Part shown: positions 1-12,216 of the stretch, piece by piece
Numbering within the stretch: position 1 is the stretch's first letter
Layout of the letters: each line of letters opens with the position of its first letter
Source of the DNA: Octopus bimaculoides
Lineage: Eukaryota
DNA length: 64,000 bases
Assembly (NCBI RefSeq): GCF_001194135.2
Contig: NC_069002.1
Location: 34,520,360 to 34,584,359 of the forward strand
Direction: 5' to 3'
Program-made: the position numbers and the translations under genes
Notes under the pieces: model-generated
Told to the model about the DNA's origin: nothing
What the model saw: only the letters and a program-made list of their open reading frames with translations
The model's database searches: none

Positions 1-39
1 TCTTTTGTGTTCAAATGTACACTAATTTTATATTGTACA

Positions 40-58
40 AATATATATATTGAATCTA

Positions 59-150
<92 letters not shown>

Positions 151-165
151 ATGTGTGTGTGCACA
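40..165. repeat. (TA)n followed by (TG)n microsatellite
   Basis: Read directly; source of the spurious ORFs 7..390 and 28..372. Confidence 0.97.
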
Positions 166-1270
166 GAAGTATATGTGTCTGTAGGATTCTGTTTGCATAT
201 TCGACGCAAAATTATCTCTTTGTCCCTTCATAACAACATAGGGGCGCATACTTTCTTGCATATCAAACACACACAAATATGCACCCACGCGCACGCACAC
301 ACAAATAGACACACATATCCACACACATTCGTCTTCGTACAGGAAGACCAACTCAACTCTATTAGTCTTCACGTATCAAATCTCCAATAGAATTCCGCCC
401 AATATAACAAACGATGATGTGTGTGTGTTTCCATACTGAGAAAAAGAAAGTAACAAGGAGATTGATGAAGAGAGAGAGAGAGAGAGAGATAGAGATGGAG
501 AGAAAGAGAAAGATAGTGAGATAAGAAGATGGAGAGGAAGGGGAGACGTAAGCATATTCTGCTATGTCAATAGTGTGACTCGTATGTCATGTGAGAAATC
601 AACAGCTTTCTCACAAACACAAATTATTTTAGCTTCACAGCATCTTAATTGTATGGAAGTTGTAAAACGACTAATGCTACATTTAAGCTGCATACGTTAG
701 TGCACCTGCGTCTCTTGAATGTGGAACTTGATAGTTGATGAAGCAGAAACGCATTCATTGAAGTGGTTTATATACATCAGTTGGTCCGTCTTCTTTCTCT
801 CTGCCATGGTTTTGTTTCCAGACAACTTGTCGACTAGAGGAAATTCTCCTCCTTCGTAGCAATTTCGCTTTATTATGAATCGACTTTTATTCAGAGTGGG
901 AGCACCGGCATAATAAAGTTTAATTTTCATGCTTATTCGTTTCTATGTATACATAGATGTTTCCATATACAGACAGACACAAACACACAGACACAGACAC
1001 AAACACACAGACACAGACACAATCACACATATACATATATATATGTATATATACATAGATACACTCATATAAATTACATATGTATAAAATATAATTGTAT
1101 ATATGTGTGTGTGTGTGTGTGTNNNNNNNNNNNNNNNNNNNNNNNNNNNNNNNNNNNNNNNNNNNNNNNNNNNNNNNNNNNNNNNNNNNNNNNNNNNNNN
1201 NNNNNNNNNNNNNNNNNNNNNNNNNNNNNNNNNNNNNNNNNNNNNNNNNNNNNNNNNNNNNNNNNNNNNN

Positions 1271-1301
<31 letters not shown>

Positions 1302-1834
1302 ATATATATATATATCTACGTATGTATACATATACACACGCACTCACACATAAACACACACCCATGCATATATGCATGCGTATACGTGTCCATGTATGTC
1401 AATGTTTGTGAGAATGTCTACAGCTTTTTATGCGCCTTTATAGGCAGGTATTTGTACAATTATATGTGTGCTTCCTCGTGGGTCCTTCCCCGTCTATACA
1501 TCAATACTTCCCTCCATCGGTATCGTTACAGCAGTCTATCAAACCACCAATATAACTGGCACAGCGAAAAATAACACAAAATGAAGTGAAACATTATATC
1601 CGCTTTTGCCTTCTCTTCCATATCAGTGAAAAGGAAAAGAAACGAGAAATTTATAACCAAACCGTTTAACATTTTATTGACTTGGTGGACATCTTTGTCT
1701 GTACGTCTACAATATAACAACAGCAATACATTGCTGTTCAGGCTGCTCTCATCATCAGTAAACACATTTCCAAGTTATATCATGTTATATCAAGTCGGAA
1801 GTTTTTCAGATATATTCATGCGTTAAAATTCATG

Positions 1835-1941
1835 TCATCATCATATCATAAACCTCGCGTCATCCTCATAGCCTCCATTATAGTCATCGTCATCGTCGCC
1901 GTTATCCTCATCATCGTCATTATCGTCATCATGGTCACCAC

Positions 1942-1972
<31 letters not shown>

Positions 1973-2068
1973 GTTGTCTTCGTCGTCGTCGCCATCATTA
2001 ATCATCATCATCATCATCATCATCATCGGACCGATATCATCATCAGCACCATCATTGTTGTTATCATT
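1835..2068. repeat. Degenerate (ATC/GTC)n trinucleotide microsatellite
   Basis: Read directly; abuts the retroposon 3' end that starts at about 2070. Confidence 0.95.
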
Positions 2069-2069
2069 G

Positions 2070-2300
2070 CGCGAGAGAGCAGCGCCTGCCATCAAGGTGA
2101 GTCAGTATGGCAAACATTCGAAGCCCAATATACCCAACATGACTACCAGTCTGATAAGGTTACACCAAACCGATACATCACAACCATACGTGCGCGACAT
2201 AGTGAGTCCATACCGAAGCAAACGCTGCATGACCGCGCGTGTGCGGCCCAGTATTTTCTTAGGTTGAGTAGTTCATTCTGCACAAAAGATCCCTGAACGA
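2070..2300 (-). mobile_element. Retroposon 3' end (unclassified family D, trinucleotide tail), copy 1
   Basis: Aligns by eye to 14127-14255 (same strand) and to the reverse complement of about 46600-46810. Shared blocks include GAGAGCAG..GCCATCAA.GTGA, ATATACCCA.CATGACTACC and CACAACCATA.GTGCGCGACA. Confidence 0.8.
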
Positions 2301-2430
2301 GAGTTATTTAGAGATGATGGACGAAGCAGCCATGTTCTCACATGGGAATTATTTAAACTCTAAAACACTCCACTCAAAACATGGCTATGATGCTATCCTA
2401 CTACTCTTGCTTAGAATCAGCGATGCACAT

Positions 2431-2972
2431 ATACTTTTCTACTCTAGGCACAAGGCTCGAAATTTTGGGGGAGGGGGAAAGTCGCTTAGATCGATCCCAG
2501 TACGCAACTGGTACTTAGTTTATCAACCCCCAAAAGGAAGAAAGGCAAAGTCGACCTCGGCGGAGTTTGAGCTCAGAACATAAAAATAGAGGAAATACAA
2601 CTAAGCACTTCGCCCGGCGTGTGAAGATTTCTTATTTCTTTATAGCCCACGAGTGGCTAAACAGAGAAGGGACAGACAAAGGGAAAAAGTCGATTATATC
2701 GACCCCAGTGCGTAACAGTTACTTAATTTATCGACCCCGAAAGGATGAGAGGCAAAGTCGACCTCGGTGGAATTTGAACTCACGACGTAACGGAAGACGA
2801 AATACCGTTTAGCATTACGTCCGGCGTACTAAGGCTTCTTATTTCTTTATTGCCCACGAGGAGCTAAACATAGAGGGGACAAACAAGGATAGACAAAGGA
2901 ATTAAGTCGATTATATTGGACCTAGTGCGTAACTGGTACTTAATTTATCGACCCCAAATGGGTGAACGGCAA
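2431..2972 (-). mobile_element. Three head-to-tail Nin/Deu-domain SINE copies (about 2431-2629, 2630-2837, 2838-2972)
   Basis: Each carries the reverse complement of GAGGTCGACTTTGCCTTTCATCCTTTCGGGGTCGATAAATTAAGTACCAG (the third only its 3' part). The first two also carry the tRNA B-box-like GAGTTCAAATTCC motif. Confidence 0.9.
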
Positions 2973-3835
2973 CTTGCTGCTTTTTCTCTTCGCTCCCACC
3001 ATTTCTGAATGTCATATCAACAAAAATAAGGATCGGTAGAGATGCATTCAAGCCCTACTTTAGGGATGGGTATGTTTCGCTTGAATTGAGCAGGTAAAGT
3101 ATGTGGCTAGGATGCAAAATTTTGAGGACCGGCTTCATGCTCCTAATTTGGAGTCCTCTACCTCAAAATAGACGCGGAAATGATTAAACGGTCCTCAAAG
3201 GAAGCAGTTACTTAAGGTTCGTACGCTGCGAAATGGATGAGAGAGCAAAGAACATGTATGCAACATAAATTGGAAGGTTGCCCGCATTCTCTGGATTTAT
3301 AGGGTAAGGCATGGAAACCGTGATAGGCTAGCGTTCGCAAATGGTTTTGTGAGGTTGGAAAAACTGCCAAGTAATGAGATGACCGTGAACAACGCGAAAC
3401 ACCGGGTAGAATGCAGGGATAATGGAGGCCACAGAACTGCACAGCGTGAGATTGCGATCGACAAAAAGCGAAGGGAGAAGAGCCTCCCCGATATATCTCA
3501 TTAATGTAGCTCTGTCTTCACTTTCATTGAAACAAATTCCCTTTCATATTTCCTTTTCGGTTTTACTTAATTCCTTGTTCCATGTATTAGTGCTTTCTTT
3601 CTTTTATTCTCCTTTTCCACATTCATTCTTTGTTTCTTTGTTATTACTTTTCTCTAATCATTCCCACCTTCGCTGCGATGATATAAGCAGTGGCAAACAT
3701 CAAAGAATCTAACTCTATGGTGTCCTTAAATCTCATGACAATTTCACTTTCCTGAATTCTGATCTTAGCGTTGTCCAATCACATGATTTCAATGAACTAA
3801 GCTTTCCTCTTCCTGAAGAAGCATCAATAGCAGTA

Positions 3836-4330
3836 TTATCATGATTATTATTATTATTATGATTATTATTATTATTATTCCCTCTATAGTCACAAGATCT
3901 GAGAATCTGGTGAATATATTTTGGACCTGGTTCTTTCACTCGTCGGAATTCTCAAACACCTGCTTGAATTCAGAAATGATACATATTAAATTCAGAACTG
4001 TATGTAATTTTCCAGTGTGTCCAAATATAATATTTACATTAGATAATATAGTCGGCAGAATTTTTGTACCTAGTATATAGCTTGCATTGCCATGCATCAT
4101 CCAATAACTCGAATCACAATTTCGAAAATTACGAGGTGTGGTATTTTAGCAAACATCGGTATTATCAATTAAGCCAGGAAAGTAAGCATTGCAACACCAG
4201 GTGAAAAGGCTATCAAGAAATATCATTTGTGATCCTTCCCAAGGTGCCTCTAATTATCGCATGGAACCAGGACAAACCTGGATAGATGAACTCATTAAAA
4301 TGTCATAATGAGTAACAAGATATTTTGAGA
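3836..4330 (-). mobile_element. 3' end of R4/Dong-type (restriction-like endonuclease) non-LTR retrotransposon relic with (AAT)n tail
   Basis: Minus strand, allowing frameshifts, gives VP..IIRGTLGRIT (about 4268-4231) and MQAI..GTKIL (about 4087-4056). These match the IIGALG and QK..LLGT..ILR C-terminal motifs of this clade. A putative 3' UTR follows and ends in (AAT)n at 3836-3879. Confidence 0.55.
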
Positions 4331-4861
4331 GAAAAGAAATAAACCCATTAAAGATTATTCAAATTATGTCCTGTAGTAAATGAAGTATGAAATAGCCGCA
4401 GGTTTGACCCCAGAGTCTGCAGTTTAGCAATTGTTTCCCTACTGCTTGGTTTTCGCGTGCTCCAGTAAATAAACAGTTGAATTATGTCTGATATACTTTC
4501 TTTTGTATGATTCTATTTTCTTCCTTTTCGAGTTTAAGATGTATAGGGAGTAGTATTATTTCTGTCTTAACAAGAAAAATAAAATTCTCAAGAATTTTAA
4601 AATAATGAAAATATTTAGAAATACATTTGAATATGAATTTTTTTCAGACTGAAAAAAAAAAAAAAAATTCTCAGCCTTCATTTATGATAGAAATTAAAAA
4701 TAATAAAACAAATAAAATCGACAGTAATGAAAATGAAATCGAAAAATAAAATTTATATAATTTATACAACTGAAAAAAAAAAATCAATTTAATTTTTATC
4801 AAATTCAATTAACGAAGAAATTAAGCAATTTAAAGTAACATGAACATCAGTATACTCTTCC

Positions 4862-5160
4862 TTCTCCTCTTCCTCCTCATTCTTATACTCATCATCATCA
4901 GCATCCTAAATAAACATTACCACTGTCTTCATCTGTATCATCATCTTCATTATCATCATTGTCGTCATCGTCGTCATCGTTAAGGAAACCATTATCGTCA
5001 TCAGTGTTGTGATTATCAACATCATTATCATCGACCTATTCGTGCTCGGCGTCGTCATCATCATCATCGTCGTCGTCGTCGTCTTCATCCTCTTCTTCTT
5101 CTTTCCCTTCTCACATTTAGCATCCTCATCATCATCTAACCGCCAATACCACAATCATTA
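4862..5160. repeat. Compound (ATC/GTC/CTT)n microsatellite
   Basis: Read directly. Confidence 0.93.
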
Positions 5161-5544
5161 GCTTCATTATCAAAGTGATTGGACATCATTATAAAATCTG
5201 CATATCGTTACCAGTCATTTGGTTTTCAAAATCGTGGTTTTCATCAAGATTACTGCAGATATTATCATCAGCAACAGAAACCAGTGGCGGCAACAGCATC
5301 GGAGGGAGCAAAACCATCGGAAACAATAATACACTCACACAGTATGGAAATGAGGTGATTGTCTTTTCACTATCATTAGAGAATCTAACAATTAAGAAAA
5401 TAATAATGGTGAATGTCTGTATGACATATCCTCTGCTATGTTACGAATCCTCGCGTTTTGTTTTCCAATCTTACTGAGAACCCTTCATTATTTCCTCATT
5501 GACTGGCAGAAAAATGAACCATTCGGGAAATTCCCGAAAACACA

Positions 5545-5630
5545 ACGTTAAAATTGTCAACGGAGTTCAAACTCCTCCGTGGTCGACTTTGCTTTTCCTC
5601 CTTTCAGGGTCGAGAAATAAAGCAGCAGTG
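5545..5630 (+). mobile_element. Nin/Deu-domain SINE, partial
   Basis: GGAGTTCAAACTCCTCCGTGGTCGACTTTGCTTTTCCTCCTTTCAGGGTCGAGAAATAA matches the family core. Confidence 0.8.
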
Positions 5631-5810
5631 TTTATGCTATTCACAATTATTGTGCATTTAAGAACGAATTATTTCCATATTTGTATATTTCAATACATCT
5701 CGTCGCGTATAAAAAAAGCAAACTTTGTTTACATATATATTGGAATTTCACATATAGCATCTATGAAAGCTAGATTTATAAGTTCAAAAATTGTAGAAAA
5801 ATTTGTTAAT

Positions 5811-5880
5811 GGGATTTAAAGGTAAATCACTTGACCTGTAATCATAGAGATGTGAGTTCGAGTCTCAAGACTGGCCGCTA
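5811..5880 (+). pseudogene. Degenerate tRNA-like sequence, probably a SINE head
   Basis: GGTAAA D-loop-like, CTGTAAT anticodon-loop-like and GTGAGTTCGAGTCTC T-arm-like motifs with tRNA spacing; no acceptor stem can be formed. Confidence 0.35.
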
Positions 5881-6439
5881 ACATATTTTTTTCTGAAATG
5901 CATTGATATTCTATCCTATTTATGTTACTCAGAATTATCCTGTCTTTAAGAAGAAATTATTTCCATATTCTGTATGTTATATATATGTGTGTGTGTAATA
6001 TATACTGATCCCAGCTTCTATGTTTTCACAGGTGACAAAACTGCATTCGTTTTCATCTTTGTTAAGTAAAAATGGTCTGAATTTCGGTAAGTTTTGAACA
6101 CAGAAAAATGCCGAATGCTCTTGGAAATAGGACGATAGTGAAACAGAAAAGAATTACAGGGAAAAGAAATAAAATATATATAATGGCGTTCCATTAACTC
6201 TATATACAACTGAGAACCCATTAAAATTTCTATGACGACCTTGATAGAGGCAAAAGTGTTGCAGAAACATTTTTGTCAAAACAGCTTTAACTACAATGGC
6301 TTATCAGTTTGTCTCATACTTCTGGTGGATCAAATGGTGGTGCCGTCGTCCCGGATGACATTAGGCAGCCTCACTGGGCTCTCACTTACACATAGTGGAA
6401 TCTATCACGCTTGCAGAGAACTAAGATGTTGAGGAGGGC

Positions 6440-6552
6440 CGAAAACCATGCCAACGGTCTTTTTAAAACGAAAACATCCTTCAATTAAACATAACATTTG
6501 TTCACTTGTTTTCTTTATTCAAAATTTGGACATAACTTATGGGATGACCTGG
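6440..6552 (+). mobile_element. Terminal remnant of a mariner-type transposon
   Basis: AAAATTTGGACATAACTTATGGGATGACCTGG; its reverse complement resembles the terminus at 7241 (TACCAGGCCAT..AATGTCCGATTTT). Confidence 0.45.
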
Positions 6553-7240
6553 CAATTTGACTAGTGAATAGAAAAAACAAAAACTGAAGATTTTTGGTAT
6601 TTAAAACATGAATCAATCATCTGAAGTACAAAATACAAAAAAAAAAAAGGAAGATTTTAACCGAATTTCTTTTTTATGCCTATCCATTGACTGAATTTAA
6701 AAAGTGATGGATTTGTCATTCGCTTTGATTCATCTATATAAAATTGTTCGTATATTACTTTAATCCATTACAGCTTAAACAACTATATTCTCTCGGAAAT
6801 TCCATCCGAAAAATCTTTCTCAAACTTGTATACCTGTTACGTTTTCCTCTCTCTGATAAATTAAAATACCTGTCAAATACTCACATTCAGGTGAATCATT
6901 TGATCATGCGCTTCATAATATTGATTTCTATGTTTCTCCAGACCAATTAACATGGCATTCGGTCAATTTGAATCCGAGGAATAATTCTGTGCAATGTATT
7001 CTTCGTTTGTATGGCAGTTGTATTCCAGCTGAGTGAAACTTTTCTGAATTTTCTGCCAAGGGGCGAATGCAGACATCTGTATTATTCGATTGTTTCCTTT
7101 CTATTGACTAATGTCATTAATTAAGCTACAGAGTCGTTAGTCGTGTGTTGTGTGAGATATAATTGTTTATAAAGTCCTGGTAAAGACGTTACTCCTACTT
7201 GAAATACCGGCATTTTTATTCGATAATAAATCCTAGTAAA

Positions 7241-8001
7241 TACCAGGCCATTAAGACTGAAATGTCCGATTTTGAAGTGAACATTTATTTTATTTTATCT
7301 CATCAAAAAGCAATGCTGCTAATAAAAGTATGCACCTGAATTATCCACACAATTTTACCATTTTATCTGTACCTTATTCATGCCGGCAGCGAATGATTCT
7401 GGAGAGTAAGGTGATGGAATCACGAAAGGCTGTTTTTGCATCTTCTTCAGATTCGAATTTTTTTCCTTTCAATAAGTTGTTTTACCTGGAAAACGTGACA
7501 GTCAGTTGGTGAACGGGGTGGTGGACAGAGTACTTCCAAGTCGACTAGCGTTCTTTGTGCAACATGTGGTCGAGCATTGTCTTGCAAGAGAATTGTCCTG
7601 TCTCTATTGTTCAATCTCGGTTGTGTAATTGCAAGTTCACCCATCGGGCTAATGAAACTGTAGTGGATGACACCAGTACTGGACCACCAAAACAGATACC
7701 ATTAGCTTTTTATGGATAATATTCCTTTTTGGACTGTGTTTTGGTAGGAGGGAAAATATTTTACTTTCATGTCCAGTGCCCGTGCATAACGATTGCCATT
7801 GTTGAATAGAATCCATTTTTCATCACACGTAAGAATATGATGCAAACGTGGTTCGCTATTATGCCATGACAGCAAAGAACAGCAAGTTTCAAGACAACGT
7901 GCCATTTGATACACGTTCAGTTCGTGTGGTACCCGCTTGCCCAGCTTCTTTACTTTGCCGAATTGTTTTGAGATGGTCCAATATACTATGCTAAACAGTC
8001 T
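7241..8001 (-). mobile_element. Decayed mariner (IS630-Tc1-mariner) transposase pseudogene
   Basis: Minus strand with frameshifts gives GKVKKLGKRVPHEL (WVPHEL-like), HHILTCDEKWILFNN (first catalytic Asp), ILLQDNARPHVA (second Asp) and PPPRSPTDCHVF (YSPDLAPxD-like). TIR-like end at 7241. Confidence 0.92.
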
Positions 8002-8272
8002 TTTCGGTCATGAATGACCATGCACCTAGGATGTTCCCCGCCGAAGCACAAACCCGGGCAAGGTTGTTTGTGGAAGGCCAGCAGTCACCCATGCATACCA
8101 ACCTCCCCTCTCCAGGTCACCGATGCTTTTCAAGGAAATGGCAAAGGCCGATACACCTTGGCACTATTAATCTCGCAACTCATTTCTACAGCTGAGTGAA
8201 CAGCAGCAACGAGAAATAAACTCACTATCGCATGATTATAAGCCTGAAACTTTGACCATTTACCTGTGCATG
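8002..8272 (-). mobile_element. CORE-like tRNA-derived SINE with internal deletion, abutting the mariner relic
   Basis: 8221-8270 is the reverse complement of the head at 31975-32025 (CTCACTATC.CATGATT.T.A.CC.GA). A CORE-like segment TTGCTGCTGTTCACTCAGCTGTAGAAATGAG lies on the minus strand. Confidence 0.8.
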
Positions 8273-10419
8273 CATATGCTAGGATGCCAAAATAAGTTCA
8301 TTGTGTTTCTCGTGAATACGGGAGATTCCTAAATTGTGTTAGCAGCATTTACAATTGTATATTTGATCTACGCATTTAGATTGAAGGCAAATATCTATTT
8401 TCAAGTGTATTTTATCTTACGATGTTAGCAAACTTCTGAACGCAGGTTAAGAGTTGGACACTGTTTATGAGTTGTGCATGGAATATTGAAAAATTCATCA
8501 GATATCACGTGGTAATCTTGAAGGTCATTAAAGAAATAATGTTCTATTTACATGATTACTAACAATAAATAAATAGTACATTTTATATAATACCATTTCA
8601 GCTACGTGAAATGCTCACAAATCCAGAGCCATACAAACATTGATATATGTGTATGCATTTATTATATGTATTATCTTGTGAGTTTTATGAAAATGCGTAT
8701 ATACAATTTCAAACTTTAATGGACAAAGCTTTTGATGACTTCAGAGTTTATTCCGACAAGTAAAGGATACACAGTACTCGAAATTACTGCTGGTAAGCGG
8801 CTCTGTTAATTTTAAAGTGGTAGAATTATAGGCAGCAGTTACACACTAGGATTAATTTTATATCTTAGGATAAACTTAGATAATTTTTGCCTCGCTGTAC
8901 TCTCAGATCAAACCCTCTTAAGTGCGTGGATTTCTTTAAATATGACTGACTCCAGAATTTCAATAAATATGTACGTGCAGCAATATTTTTTCAAGACATG
9001 ATCGAAACATGAGTGTTATTAGCACACGCATATCGAAGAACTATCTCTTTAGGAAGTGTTAGGGTTAATGATTACCATCTTCAGAAAAATAATTAAAGTT
9101 TATTATGCAGGCAATTACTTTTTATAACTATAACTATTTTCATTCTTTCCTGATTTTCTACTGGATGTCCTCTTCTTCTTCTTCTTCTTATTATTATTAT
9201 TATCAGTGCATTTTTCTGGTATGCGTTTCTTTTAATTATTAAACTGAATCTTGAATCTGCTCTGATCTGAATTTTACATTTGAAATGACTTTCAAAAATG
9301 ATAATTTTGTGCATCGTTTCAGAATAGTTTCAACACTAATTAATTACTAAAGAAAATGTGTGTTACATTATTAACTGCAATATTTTTTTTTATTCGTTAA
9401 ATTTTTCCTTTTAATTTTTATTACGTTCTGCGTTACATTGTTTTTTTAATTTTATTTTAATTTAATTGTTGTCTGGAATAATTGCAATATTCTTTTAGCT
9501 AATTTGCATCAATATTTTCTTGATTTTTTTAACGATGCTACTTTGAGTGATATTAATTTCAAAATAGTTTTGGCGGAATTTACGTTCTTTTTATTTTATT
9601 TGTGAATCATTTCCAGTGCAGTACACTTCATTCTACTAACCATTGAACGGTTAAGAAGGGATGAAGCTTAATGTGACAGTGAAGAAGACAGAATAAAACC
9701 ATTGACCTTTTAACTTTCTGTAAACAGAGCACAGATGGCCAGGTAAATAGGTTACTGGGCAAAGAGTTGTCTGTAAAAAGGAAAAGTATTTTCTAATTTG
9801 ATTTCTTGTCTCCTTTGCATTTATACAGGAACGACCAAGAGGTTAACAATCGGTCATTTTTTGTTACTTAGACACGAAAATCGAGAAATAACACCCACAT
9901 AGCCTCCTACGAAGACGGTATTACTTTGAGAAGAGACCAGTAGATATTATATCTCCAAATATAATGTCTATGTTTCAAAGAGAGCGTGGAAAGCAATTAT
10001 TGGAATGCATATTATTAAAGATTCGTCCAATCGTGCCGTGTCTTGCCACTTCAATAATATAATTTGTTGTTATCAGCTTTTTCTTATCACATTATATTCG
10101 TATCAGTTATATATTAGTAAGTTAATTATTACTTTTTACATATAGGTGAGGTAAGAAATTTAGGTAATGTAAGAAAATTATTAGCAAACGATTAATTTCA
10201 CATCGATACTAACATGGTTCATTATTCTATCAACAAAAGTAAGTTGAAAGACGTGATTTTTGTGAGGAAACCTAAGTTTAGAATTAAAAATTTACTAACA
10301 AAACTTATAAAGGTACTAACCAATACTGGATGACAATTCTTGTTATAACCGTTCTACCAAATCACAAACCGATAAGAAACGATATATTCTGAATTAGGTA
10401 AAGGTAAATAAATTTGAGT

Positions 10420-10560
10420 GGAGGCGATTAGTAGAAACCATTGAGCATATTACTTGATGTATAATTTCTTTGAAATCCAAGAAATAATGAAAGTCAAATT
10501 CGACGTCGGCAGGATTTGAACGTAAAAATTATAAGGCTGGAATATATACTACAAACCATT
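10420..10560 (-). mobile_element. Nin/Deu-domain SINE, highly degenerate
   Basis: ATGAAAGTCAAATTCGACGTCGGCAGGATTTGAAC resembles the reverse-complement core. Confidence 0.6.
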
Positions 10561-10799
10561 CCTTTCTCTTATGTATTAAGGATTCTTTCACTACTATCTA
10601 TTGTTTGAATGCTTTACGATAATATTTTTACTTCACTTACTAAATCTGAAGCCTACAAACATACTTTTAAGTGAAGTCTGATTATCATTGTGTAAAATGT
10701 GTCACATGATACAAAAACACTTCTATGATTACTACCAGCTAACCAAAAATCTACATTACGAGTAGATGAGGGTAAGCTTTCCAAACTGTTAGAGTAGAA

Positions 10800-11730
10800 G
10801 TGTTGCACTCACGCACACAGATGTAAGATCATTTCAAAATGTGAATGACATATTTAGAAATATTTATTGCTCAAGGCTCAGAATCCCTCCATCTCTCTAC
10901 AAGCCACCAAAATATACAATTAGCTTTCTAGATACGCCAGGAATAACACTTGCAAAATTTACTGATAAAAATCAAAAAGTACACTCTAGACATTGTATTT
11001 GATAATATGGTAGTGTTGGAAACATCACAGCTGCAACTCCAGAAACAAAGAAGCATTTAATACCATCATCCAAAATCTTCCAAAACTCTATAAGGACCCC
11101 AAACTACGTAATCATAAACTCAGTAAAAGCTGTAAAGAACCATTAAAGAAGATCCTCACAAATGCCAAACTATGCTCTAGAACGTACGCAAGATTCGAAA
11201 AGTATGGATATGCGGGATATGTCCCAATCTGTTAGAAGGATCGGATTTCCATTTCAGGCAAGGGCAAATATTCAACATCAAATCTAACTTCGCTTGTGCC
11301 TAACAAAATCTTATCTACGTAATCAGATGCTCGGGCTACCATGGAGACTACATTGGTTCGATAGTAACGTCGATCAGAGAGAGATATGTACGGTCCACAA
11401 CAAATATCCTCCCCACAATATCACCAAATATATCCCGCTGGACACTGGACCTTTACACAAGTAAGACTGAATAAATAACCCTCATTTATCCAAGAATATG
11501 AACTAGAATTAAACATGAACCCATATTAAAAATACAAAACTTACCACTTCTGTTGTAACATACAAGTCAGACTAAAACACAGACGGAAAAACAATAAAAA
11601 GTACAGATTTACCTCCCCTTTACTGTAAAATAAATGAGGAAACAATTATCTCCCCCTGTAAATAAACTTTCCCCTAACAATATGTCAAATTTCGCTCCTT
11701 AGCTTAATGAGAAATGCGAAACCGGTTTTT
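10800..11730 (+). mobile_element. Penelope-like element relic (RT-to-endonuclease linker plus GIY-YIG endonuclease)
   Basis: About 11030-11400 translates, with frameshifts and stops, as NSRNKEAFNTIIQNLPKLYKDPKL..LKKILTNAKL..CPNLLEGSDFHFRQGQIFNIKSNFACA*QNLIYVIRCSGYHGDYIGS..IRER. The NLIYxIxC..YIG GIY-YIG signature is diagnostic. Outer boundaries are approximate. Confidence 0.85.
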
Positions 11731-11879
11731 ACTTTAATTATGTTTAAAGAATCAAATTTTATTTTGTACAAAATTGTACATCTTTAATAGTACAGCTCTA
11801 ATATACTCCTTAATTTTGTCAAACAAATCTGTGTTTTTTCATCTTTTCTCTTTCTCTATAAACATACATATACATGTAT

Positions 11880-11901
11880 ATACATATGTGTGTGTGAGTG
11901 T

Positions 11902-11950
<49 letters not shown>
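11880..11950. repeat. (TG)n microsatellite
   Basis: Read directly. Confidence 0.95.
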
Positions 11951-12183
11951 CTGTTTTTGTTCCCAACTCTGACCCTCCATAAATCCAAAATTTGTTTGGG
12001 TACATATGGGAGCAACTGTCTTCGAAGACTCATATTGTCGTTCAGTACACGAAATGAGGGGTCGCTCTTGATGCTACTTGGTCTGTTTTCCATTTGTCTC
12101 TCCCGTTCTTTGAGCATTNNNNNNNNNNNNNNNNNNNNNNNNNNNNNNNNNNNNNNNNNNNNNNNNNNNNNNNNNNNNNNNNN

Positions 12184-12216
<33 letters not shown>

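Noticed and set aside
5811-5880. Functional tRNA-Tyr(GTA)
   Set aside because: No acceptor stem and poor anticodon-stem pairing; at most a relic or SINE head.
9728-9742. 15-nt microexon followed by an 86-nt intron
   Set aside because: Splice signals are plausible, but all joined frames stop quickly and nothing is recognisable.
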